64,000 bases of DNA. Origin: Tubiluchus corallicola (lineage: Eukaryota > Animalia > Priapulida). The notes beneath the pieces are model-generated. The model did not search any database and was not told the origin of the DNA. It was given only the letters and a program-made list of their open reading frames with translations. Numbering within the stretch: the first letter of the stretch is position 1; the number at the start of each line of letters is the position of its first letter. The position numbers and the translations under genes were made by a program. Shown here in pieces: positions 39,700 to 51,537 of the stretch. The stretch is from positions 205,974 through 269,973 of the forward strand of contig JAQGDQ010000130.1 in assembly GCA_030141605.1 (NCBI GenBank). The letters run 5' to 3'.

Positions 39700-40251
39700 A
39701 GCAACAGATATATCGAGACGGAAGATAATGGCATTATCAGCTTACTCAAAACTCACAAAAGTTTTTGAGAATAGGAAGATTTCTTTGGAAACAAAAATTA
39801 GAATATTCTCAGCTTTAGTTGAAACTGTATTTCTGTATAACTCTGAGCTCTGGACATTAAAAGCAAATCATAAAGCTGAAATCAATGCGTTTCAAAGTCG
39901 AAATTACAGAAACATTTTGGGTATTAGATGGCCAAAGAAAATTTCAAACAAAGATCTACATGAAAAAATAGAAGAAGAACCTTGGACAAGAAAAATAAAA
40001 AGACGCTGTTTAAGATGGATTGGCATATGCTTAGACTACATGATGATATCCCAGTGAAGATAGCTCTTCAACTAGCCATAGAACCAGCTAAAAAACCTGC
40101 AGGAGGACAAATGTTAACATATTTAGATTTTGCACGGAAAGATTTAAACACTTCAGCATTGATCCTTAGAAATAAATGCACTTGGGGCTTTGCGGCAAGC
40201 AGGGAGTCCTGGCATTGGAAGGTGAGCAAAATTATGTCCCTGGACGTATGA
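39700..40251 (+). mobile_element. RTE-type LINE ORF2 C-terminal fragment (frameshifted)
   Basis: SLETKIRIFSALVETVFLYNSELWTL..LGIRWPKKISN..IKRRCLRW(IG)HMLRL, read across the overlapping ORFs 39647-40057 and 39982-40251. Confidence 0.85.
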
Positions 40252-42380
40252 TTCATTGGATGATGTTTGAAATCGTCAATTCTTTTCAAACGGCCATGAA
40301 TCTAGGTAATTCATGACACTGGGGTGCTAAAAATGCATGCAGTTTTTAATTGCTTGAACCAACTTGTCATGATTTTAAATGAGTTACAATATGGCGGACA
40401 AGGTGTTTTAGTCATACCATGAGGAAGGACAGACAGCAGTCATCTCAAATGTCTGATAACCCCGGTAGAGAGAGCTCTCAAAGTTAAGGGTGATTCTTTG
40501 CTGCAGCTGCCTTCCCAAACTGTTTTGTAAATACGTCACAAGTCTGATGAGTCATCGTCGGATGAAGATATTTCCGATATTAATTTATGTTTCATATGTC
40601 AAATCCAGTGTTTTTTACATTCATCCAATCTCCCAAATGCACCCACTTTTCACCTTCTCATCAACAGCCGGAATTATTTTCTTTCTTGTAGTTTTTGTTC
40701 TCTTATATTCTGTCTTGTGGTCACATTAATGTTCCACTTCTTATTTACTTCTAAATCTCTGCAATTTTCAAGAGATTCTTTCATTACATTCTTTCAATTG
40801 TGTCTTTTTCACCTATTCGAGCAATATCATCCAAAACAACATTGGGCCAACACAATTCACTCAAATGCACTTCTTCTGTTAGGCGTACCGGTGTCTCTAT
40901 TATTAAAATAACTCATTCATTCTGAATGCGATATTTATTAATATAAGCAGGAACTCCAATTCTCTACATCTCAACAAGAGCATCCTTCAGCCACAAACGA
41001 CCAAAATTGTTTTCAATGTCGCAAAACAAAATGTACAAGTTATTATCTAAGTACGTATTTTAATTGAGTAGGAGTATTACCATTCAGTAGGTGTCACCTG
41101 TATCCTGATTCCTGAGGGGAGCTGACTTTGATAACTCAGTTCCTTCGCCACCCTTTCACGTTAACTCAATTCATTTACCACTTATGTACTTTTCTAATGT
41201 CATTGAATGTTGTAACAAAAACAAAGCTGTGCAGTTAACTCTTGTCTTGTACTGAATACTCTGGATAAAGTTTGGTGCTTGTTTTAGAGTTGTAGCAATA
41301 AGTTTTTCTTGCAAATTTGAAAATTATTATTTAAGAATTTCTCATAGTCCATATTGAACCACACTTGTTCGTGAGCACTAGGGTTGTCCGATGTTGAATC
41401 AAGAAATCAGGGACATATCAAATGAGGTGTCTGGGGAGGGGTCTCTCATGAGCTACTACCGCAGAGGATACTCAATATCTGTACAAGTAAGACATGTAAA
41501 TAAGATGCATGAAAGTAAGACTGGTACTAACTGATAATTTAATATCATTTGCACTGGTAGATGTCACCAGTTAAAAGGCAAATCATGCAATATGTACCTC
41601 CACAGGGCATTGACTATGATGTCAACGTCAATGAAGCTAGAAAACATGTATGGACGAATTAGAAAAAATCGGGACAATAGGCTGAAAAACTGGATAATCC
41701 ATGGAAAACTGGGCATCTGGGAACCTTTGTGAGCATGCCAGCTGTCCAGTCCAAACATTAGCCATAGGCCCATAGCCGTAACCTATGTCACATTCGAATG
41801 AGGCTTTAAAATCCCCATTGTGAAACTCTTTAGTCTTTCCCAAATTTTAGTCAACTTTTTGAAATACAGTAAATACATGTTTGCAAATTTATAATTTGAA
41901 TGATCGCAGTGCACCTTGCTCTGAATAACTATGAATCAACATTAGTTTAAGACTCTCACCTTGATTCAGTGGCACCAGGAATTGTCTAGGGTGATTTTTG
42001 TATGAACTTTTAAATTGACAAATGTCAGCTTATTCATTTCGTATCTGTGTTTTCACCATTTTGAAGACAAAATGCAAAAACAGATGCTTATTAGGAAATT
42101 GTTTTTTTTAATAGTTATATTGTCAAAGATATTAGTTGCTTGTCAGTGGCTAATGTGTTCATGTTTTAGTGCTTTTTTTACATTTCGGTGATTTAAAACC
42201 AATTTTTCCATTTTGTAGGAACGGAGATTGTCAAGACTTTATTAATAATCACAGGAAGCAAAAGGTTATCATATCGTTAAGTGTTAACTGAACGGAACTT
42301 GTGTTTGCTTTTGAAACATTATTAGAAACATCATATTTGCAAATACCAAAAGAAAAAGGGTCGCAAGAAAAATCACCTAG

Positions 42381-42908
<528 letters not shown>

Positions 42909-44390
42909 CTGGCTGTAAGAGTTATTTAAATGCAGTCATGTTCTGATGACACTGTTTATATCATTTAATATTTTTTGCTCTGTAGTTTACCAGTATAATA
43001 GTTTCGAGTCATTACATAAAGTATTTTCAGAAAATGAATGTTTGAAAACAGAGGTCCACCAGTAGTGAACTGTCATTTCAGTAAAATTTTCTAGAGGCAA
43101 TTAGGATTTATTCAGAGTTTAGGGCAGGAGCAAAAGGATAACTTGTCTACATTTGTTTGGGCAGTGACTACAATCTTAAATGTCACAAGAGATTTTCAAA
43201 CTCGATGCTGCAGAAATTGTTGTCATTGTGTAATAACAAAAAATGTAATCATGATCTTTATATAGTTTTTTACTAACACTATTGACTTCTTGAGTTTTGC
43301 ATTCTATTAACTTAGATTCGATGTTATTTTCCACAATGGACCAAGACTAAATATCACGTTTTGGATAGAAATAAATATATATATATATATATATTAGGCT
43401 GTGTCATCATTTTTTGTTTATTACACATTAATTTATTCAATATTATTTATTGAAAAGTTGGCATACAGAACATAATAATATATTTTGCTATAGTACAACA
43501 TAAATTATAGATCAAGCTATTTATACTGATCTTGATTTTTGTTTTGAGAAGAAATACAAAAACATAAATAAGTAAATAAGTTACTTGATGGACATTAACA
43601 TTAGAAAGTAGTGACTAAAATAACAGTTATTGTAACAAATTTTGCACATTAAAACATATTATTAGCATTTTCTAATCTTGCATTTGTGGGTTTTATGTGT
43701 ATAACCTATTCTAACCTATAGTGAACTCTTCGAATATTATGTTTTAGAAAAATTGTTTATTTGTTCACAAGTTGTATATAGTAAAGGGCACTTTTATAAA
43801 AACATTAGAACAGTACTTGACTAAGAATGAGGTAAGCAACTGTAGTTCGCATTTGGTTGAAACAGCTGATTGCAGAATTGCAACTACATCATGGGATGAT
43901 GATCAAATACCTAATGGATGTACTTTTCCTGGGCTTAAGAAAATGCTAGAGTCCCTGCCAAAAAATTTTTCCTGTAGAAATATTTTTTACGTGAAAGCTA
44001 GATAAATGAAAACATGAGAAGAGGTTATTATGATGGTGTTTATACTGAACGAAAAGCCTTTTGTTTGTGTTGTCCATCTGCAACTAACTGATGCCTGTAT
44101 AAAAGTTTAATACACCATATAATTCTTTGGAGATAGCTAATGATTTCATTGTAAAGAATGACAGCAAGTCGGATTTTGCAGATGCGATTGGTAAAGTGTT
44201 AACTTACTGATTGTCAACCAGTAACATCTCTTCATAATTGGACAATAATAGTACGCCTTTCTGTTTTCTTCGCTGTGAAATTTGTAAACTATTTAAAGTA
44301 TGATATTTCTAGAAACCTAGCTTAATAACAAATAATTTATAAAGTGTTATAAAGTTAGGAAAAGGCTAGTTTCATGTTATCCACACTGAT

Positions 44391-47300
44391 TTATTTGCCA
44401 GCTGCACAGTGCGGTGCATGTATCACAGTTGACTCTGAGCTGGACTTACTGCCGCTAACGGAAGCATCAGATATTTCACCTGGGACCTTGGCAAGTATTT
44501 GACTAGCTACTGGTTTAGCGGTTCCAGTTGGTTCCACTTCACTAGCTGAAATAGAGCTGCGCTTGTCTGAGCTGGAACTGGATATATCCGTGCTTGGGAC
44601 GGAAAGTCCAGAGTCTTCCTGTTTTTCCACCTGATCTGTGTTTGCTGGAAGCAAATTCTTTTTGGCTTTAGGTGATTCAAATCCGCTGTCTCCCGTGTTT
44701 TCCGGTTTGTGTTTGTCTTTTCCCTTTCCCGCCATTGTACTTTCCATTTGAATCTTGGGCATAACTTCATTTGTAACTGTGCGATCTGTTTTATTACTCT
44801 TATTATCTGCTAGTTTGCTATTGGCATTTTTGCTCTGACTGAGTTCCTTTGTTGGTATAACCTTTCTTGATTTACCATTCTCCGGGCTTTTTAGATGTGA
44901 CCTGCCCATCTTTTTTGATTTCTCATATCCCTGTTTTTCTTTTTCAGTTTTTGAGCGCAAGTGCTCGTGGTACTTTTTCCAAACACGTTCGTTAATGCCT
45001 ACTGCATTCACACCACTCTCACACGATTTGTGATGTGGTTCTTTTCGCAGTGACGGTACCACTTCCGTTGTTGGAGAAATGACGATGTCATTACTGTACC
45101 CTGCTCCGTAACAACTATAAAACATCGGGTTTGGACTTTGACTAGTAGTTGTTTCTGGTGATGTTGGTTGTGAATCGTTTAAAAGTCCTTCTTTATAGCC
45201 ATAAGGACTAGAAGTCACACTGCTTGGAACATAATGCTCCGGGCTTGACAAAGGGCTGTTCTTCTGAGCTCGGTTAGGATGCCTTCGTTTTTGCTGACTA
45301 GATCGTGAGCTTTTATTACCAAATGGAGACCTTTCATCGGCAAAGGAACAACTGTGCCGTTGCAGGCTTTGTGGCCTAGAATAAACCTCTGCAGAAACCG
45401 TGATACCACCTAGTGTCGCAACAGGGACAACCATGTTATCTGGATAGACACCAGGTGCAGTACCGGGTGGAAGCGATTGTCGTTTCTTTGAATGCATTCG
45501 ATGTTCTCTTAGAAAATCCTTTTCTCTTCTGTGGAACAGGGTCTCTAAGTCTATATCAGGTGGTGGAAACTGTGCAGAAAATGTTGCATACTGTATGCCA
45601 TTTTTTGGATGAGCACCTACTGGTGTCGTCCTTTCTTTTGATTTTGTTCTTCCAAATAGTTTACTCAGTATTGATCTCTTTTCACCTAGAAACAAGAATA
45701 AAGCCTCGTGTCAATCAAGAAAAGATAAAGATTAAACAAATGCAATTGGCACATAATTAATTTTCTGATTTTTTGCCGAGCCCCCTTATGTTGTCGTGAC
45801 ATAGTAAAATGTGAATGAACAAGATGTGCAAGCGCAACTAAAAGTGGTGAACTCAGCGAATATTTCTTCTGCACAAAGTTGTCAGCAGTCTTGAAATGAT
45901 TTTCTTCAAATGAGAGTAAGCAACTGCGTACATACATACTTAAAGCAAATCAATTTACCCCTTTCTACAGACTCCTGTCGCAATGGGCTAGTGCGGAGTA
46001 TGACGTCATTTGGCGAGTCGCCACCATTTTGCTGCAGTGACCGACTTAAGGAATTACTCCTCAGCTTGTCTTCATTAAGGATCTTGAACAAAATGTTTCC
46101 AATTAACGAAAAATATCCCATAGCAATGTTTCGATTGCCATTACATTGATAAAATCATTGCAACTTACAGAAATGTACATATATTAAACCAGGTAATTAA
46201 GTTAAAAACATTGATAAAATCTTTTCAATTTCGAGTACCTATGAAAAGTGCTTCTCCAGTGAAATATTCCTAAAACCTAAAATTACCTTTTCTCTCTGTA
46301 AGGAGTTGCTTCTCTTTGACCTTCTGTCTCTTTTTACTGGTGTAAGATCACTTCCTTTTATCACTTCTTCTTTGTTTTTGATTGGTGATACCTTCGTGGG
46401 AGAAGTTTCTAGAAAAAGCAAAATTTGTGTTAATAGCTTTATGTAGAGAGTATTCATGTGTCACGTCTCTGCTGCCATTTCTAAAATGGACACACTCTGT
46501 GTGTGTGTGTGTTTGTGTGTGTATGTGTGTGTGTGTGCGCGTGTGTGCGTACGTGAGTGAGTGTGTGTATAGTCTGTTAGTTTCCAGGTCAGATTACAAC
46601 AACTTTTGCTGCACGCAACTGTGACCGTTGTGATGCACAGACAAAGTAAGTAGCATGGTCAGTTAGTTGCCATGTCATATTTCTGTCACAGCTTCTGCTA
46701 CACATAAATGTAACGCACTGACAAAATAAACACTGTGAGTAGTAGGATACGTTTGTCTACGCATCACATCTCTTATCAACTTCTACTGCATATAAGCATG
46801 TTGCATAATCTGATTAAACATAATACTTACTTAGTAATTTGGAAGCTGAGAACTGCAAAATTACAAATGATTTTTGAAATGGCAATTTCTGTTTAATATT
46901 GAAACCCGTATAGCCCTAATGGGCAGATTAAATTTTTAGGCTTTTAAACTCGTTTTTAATTCTTATCTTGACGTTAAAATACCCGCACTTATGTAAGTAT
47001 GTTTCAATTCTATGCGTGTTTGTAGATACCAAACCTATCAAAACAAAACTATTAAAAGTGCTTCCAAATAAAGAGGTATTAACATTTGTTATATAAATTA
47101 CTGATTAATTCTGGATGCTACAATAAAAAATCACCTGGTGTGTTCTCTAATGAGTAAATTAGTACGTCTTCTTCCTGTGATGTTCCAGAATAGGTTTCTG
47201 GAGTAACAATAAAGTAGCCTGTAAAATAATTTTTTGATTAAATATTATTAAATGATGAGTAAACTCATTATTGTAGTAAACTGCAACCCAATAGACCAAC

Positions 47301-48253
47301 CGTTATACAAAGTTTTACAGTCATTGTCTGCGGTCACTGTTAAGTTTAACATAAAAATTTTTAATGAGGAATGGCTGTTAAAAGAAATTTCATCAAAAAC
47401 TTTTTTATGTGCTACTGTATTCTGCAACATTTAGGCCTAGCTGAGTTTTATCCACAATCGGTCTATGCAGTTGAAACGGCAAATTCAGTCGCTTCGGTGA
47501 CCATGGAACAAAACTAGATATTGAAGCATTTTAGGATTGAATTTTCTTTATATAGATGGCGGGTGCAATCAACCGTACAGTACCTAGGTACTTTAATCAA
47601 CCTCTCGGCAGAATGTGAGAGACTGGGGTCAGGCTGGTTACTTGGGAAAGGGAATAAAAGGTTAGAATAGAAGTACGAAAATATAAATACGGGTGTATCT
47701 AGAAAAATAGAGTTAAGCAAGAGATACCCGTTGAAGTTGACAGGGAAACAATTTTCTGCTAAAGATTTACACAGATAAAAAAACGGTGGTCACAATGAAA
47801 ACTTTTGCCCCACTAGACGCCTACCCAGCTCTTATTCCTCATTTAATTTCAAAACAACCTCTAAGTTCGGACCACATAAAAGATATCGATTAAAAACTTT
47901 AATTTATATGCTCCTCGTGTTTTTAATTGGAATAATGTTATTTTGTTAATTCATCGCACAAAGCAGCTGTTTCGTTCAAGTAATTATTTTCGTGAAAACC
48001 GTTTTTTCAGTCATACCTTCATTACTTTGGAATATCTTTTTCTCCTTCACTAAGTTAATCAAGGCCGTGAATAGCACTTCTTCCGTAGGTACCGAGATAC
48101 CCGGAAATTTCGCCGGAAGTTGCCTCATGATGACCGGAAGTGTGGATTTTTCATCGTGTCTGTTTAGCTCAGCAATGATGATACAAGTCGCCTCAGCTAA
48201 CGGCACAAACTGTGTCTGTGGGAGAAGCTGCAGCTCCGCTCCGTGGACTTCCC
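44391..48253 (-). CDS. STOX: Storkhead-box (STOX1/2)-like winged-helix protein, 5'-partial
   Basis: Phase-consistent exons (minus): 48253-48017, 47218-47135, 46408-46287, 46082-45959, 45685-44391. PQTQFVPLAEATCIIIAELN..FPGISVPTEEVLFTALINLVKEKKIF..GYFIVTPETY and the downstream FSAQFPP are storkhead hallmarks. An upstream phase-1 exon is needed and was not identified. Confidence 0.88.
46498..46568. repeat. (TG)n microsatellite, imperfect
   Basis: Run of TG dinucleotides with interruptions. Confidence 0.9.
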
Positions 48254-48574
48254 CTAAACATAGTAAAAAAACTTCTTACATTGCATGTTATAACACAAAG
48301 TATCTGTAGGATCCTACTGGAAGGGGAAATAATTGGGAAAAAAGCAAGAAGACGACCAAGTGCTACAAAGATGGACAACAAAATGAGCTGAATATGAGTA
48401 TGAAGCAATAAAAACACCTGTCCTTCATCCAAATTTAATCACTTTGATGGGATTTAGCTTTGTGCAAAGTTTTGTGACTTTAGACGAAGTGAGCACGTTT
48501 CTGCCCTTCTACAAGAGACTATTATTTTGGGATCAACGTCAATTTCAAGGTGCTGTCAAGACGGCTGAGGCAGC

Positions 48575-49313
48575 TAGTGTAACACATTAGCTAAGTTGCA
48601 TGTTCTAAGGCAGACAGGATAATAATTTTGGTATTTAGATATAGGGCTTTAAAAGCAAGTGTCCAATAAGGCCGTCACTTTCAAAATGGCCAACAAGATT
48701 TCTATCGCTAGCGTAGTTGTCAGAGCAGATTTTGGTCTGCAAACGTAGTTTTTCAAGGTCAAGGAATCCGCATTTGATGCTACGGCAGTGATCAATGCCT
48801 GGACCAACAGTGCCTGCCTGATATACTACTTCCCTGGTATGCCCCTAACAGTGTGGTATATGTTGGAGGAATAGTCATAAAAATATTTCCTTTCTAGTGA
48901 ACAAACCTTTACGTGCTTTGCAAACTGACATCAAAGTGCTAGTTTTGTCATACAGGAGTACAACAAAACGTTCGGGCACAATTATGAGTTCAATCAATAG
49001 TTCTGCTCTAGCAGTGTTTCTTAAAGGTACAAATGCTTCTGTTATGTGGGCCAAGCCATCTTTTTCTCTGTTTCTGTAAAAACTGAAGGCTGGTCGCAAA
49101 CGTATTGCATATATTGCTTATAGAGCTGTTTTTTCAGAATCAATGGCATTCACATTTTCATATGGCGTAAGATAATTGTGGTTTTTATAATCTAGCAACA
49201 GCTACCATTGGCAGTACGCTAAATCCTTGACCTTTAAGGGTTTAGTACATACAGATACTAATATTATCGTCCTATTTACCTTAGGTCGGCCAATATAGTT
49301 AATATATTACACA
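48575..49313 (-). mobile_element. Academ-like DNA transposon deletion derivative with transposase remnant
   Basis: About 80-bp imperfect TIRs (TAGTGTAACACATTAGCTAAGTTG... versus reverse complement TTGTGTAATATATTAACTATATTG...) with AGC on both flanks. The internal remnant ERFVVLLYDKTS..VCKARKGLFTRK..IPP..VYQAG resembles the C-terminal part of XPG-domain (AcademX-type) proteins as I recall them. Confidence 0.6.
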
Positions 49314-49319
49314 AGCGAC

Positions 49320-49665
49320 TACAAGTATTTTGGCAGCCATCTTGAAATCCTAACTTAGGTGTTGTCGTAGGTGTTTCTGGGCGTCTGAAATTGATTCTTT
49401 GAAATTGAAAACCCAATCTATGCTTAGACACCAAAGTTGTCATACTAACTGCGTCAAGAGTTAGAATATGGCTTTCAAAACCAGAAATTAAAAGTATCGA
49501 TCTTGTCAATCATTTTGAAAATGGCAGCCATATTGGATGATGTTCGATTGGGCTCAGAATTAATTACCTTTTTTGGCTTAACATTGTAAAAAGTTTTGTA
49601 ACTTAAGCGAAAACACCAAGTTTTTTATCACTCTGCTAGACAATTATGTCAGGATCCCGTCGGCT
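49320..49665. mobile_element. Second Academ-like terminal fragment
   Basis: Repeated GGCAGCCAT(C/A)TTG subterminal motifs and a terminus CCCGTCGGCTA (TAG start on the minus strand). Confidence 0.4.
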
Positions 49666-50939
49666 ATTGTTTTACTTATTGGGCTGTTTGAATCGCTTTC
49701 CATTATTTTGGGGGTAGTAGCAGCCTTCTGGATTCAAGAAGGTCCAGTTGATGTAATAACTTTTGTTTTTTGTAAGTATAATAAATTTTATGACGAAAAC
49801 GGTGCATTTTTTAAATGAAAATGACAGGAATGGGCTCCTTCTGTCCAACTACCCTGAAATAGATGTAATATTGGATGTAATGTTAAATTTGCTGAAATTT
49901 CTCTTAATTTACTTTTTGCTAAAACTTGGCGGCTATTTTGTATTTTTTGCGTTCTTGGCCCTTTCCGCTAATTTTTCAAACTGGCAGCAGCGTTTTTCTA
50001 ATTCAGCATAGTCAAATTGATAAGACTGGCTATGTTGTCCACTTTAAAAAATGCCTCTAGGGTTCCACTTTTCTGAAAATGGGACTAGACTAGATGGAAA
50101 TCTGTCATTTCGTCTTACCCTGCGGGACAGAACAAAAGAAGAAAAAGCATTTCTCATAGTATCAGGAAAATCAACAAAGGATAATGTTATTAAGTTTATC
50201 CAATAGGTAGGATATTTATATATTGACACGCTTCAACTTTAAAAACACGCCGCAGAACGCTGAATAAGGCCTCGAAAATAATGACGTATTCGTTTGACTT
50301 CATTATAAGACTCTAGACACTAATAATTTAATCTTTACGGGGGCAACAGACAGACAGTCACAGACTTCGAAGTGACAACAGAAAACAGCATGTTATACAA
50401 TATACTAGACACAAACGGGTGTTCTCGGTGTGAAATATACATGTACAATAGTACATGTAACATAATTATATCGCTTGAGATATAAGAAATATTCATTTTC
50501 TACTGAACTTACACACGTATGTAGTATAAGACAAAATATAACTTTATCCGTATTTATCCGTATAACGAGATTTCGAAATCTTTCTGTCTTCATGTAATGG
50601 ATAAACTCGCTTTACCTAAACTTTTTTAATAAGATGCACGTGCAGGAGCAAAAAGTACTAACAAGATATAAGAAGCTTGTCAGATTAGGAAACTCTGCCA
50701 TCTTTTTTTAATTACTAGTTCCTTTGCTACCCCAGCTTACTAGACGTACGGTTGTTGGTTGATAAAATTACCAGCGTGGCTTTTATTTTAGAGTGAAAAA
50801 TGCTTAAAGCGCATTAATAGCTAGAATTCAGCATTTAATGTCATTAATTGCGGTAGGACCGAAACTCATCCATGAAAAATAAAGAATCTGCAGAGGTGTA
50901 GCATTAACAGAAATAAGAGCAGTATGGTCAATGAAATGA

Positions 50940-51070
50940 CCAAGGAGTTTCCCAATGGCCAAATTTTCCCAGTGGCCACTCATTTGTATACATGGGAGAC
51001 ATAGCAATGCTTAACTTCGCCGCTGAGTATTCACCATATGAACACTCAACTTTTGCCACTAGTCTACTAT
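50940..51070 (-). mobile_element. Degenerate tRNA/5S hybrid SINE head (antisense)
   Basis: Reverse complement: TAGACTAGTGG ... GAAGTTAAGCA ... ATGAGTGGCCACTGGGAA (5S box A and box C-like). Confidence 0.45.
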
Positions 51071-51537
51071 TCATTTATTTGTGCTAGATTTACTATCGTT
51101 TCGTGATTTCCATTTTCAAACTGTTTGTTTTGAAATTATTTTAAGCTAGTCAGACACACCGCGCTATTTTCTGAAGCTGCGGAAAAGGTGCTGTAATGGA
51201 AGCTTTTAGTCTATGAAAACAAGCAGACGTTATTGTAGATTAATAATCGGCTTTCTGGCATATAGAATTTTGTTGAAAGATGGGTAGAAGCGGCTGCCAT
51301 TGAGGTTTTTCTAATACTTAAAATACACAAACAACGTGAAAGCTGTAAAAACGCAAACGCTTGATTCAGCATTAGACTTAACAAGTTTGCTGTATGCTTA
51401 ACAACGAGCGTTGCGACGGAGAGCGGATCGCATCATGGCAACCAGATATTACATCACTTTACTATTGCTACGCTCCTCAACAAGTTACCTTCTCCATAGA
51501 GCCACAGCTAATAAAAAGTGACCGTCTAAACGAGGCC

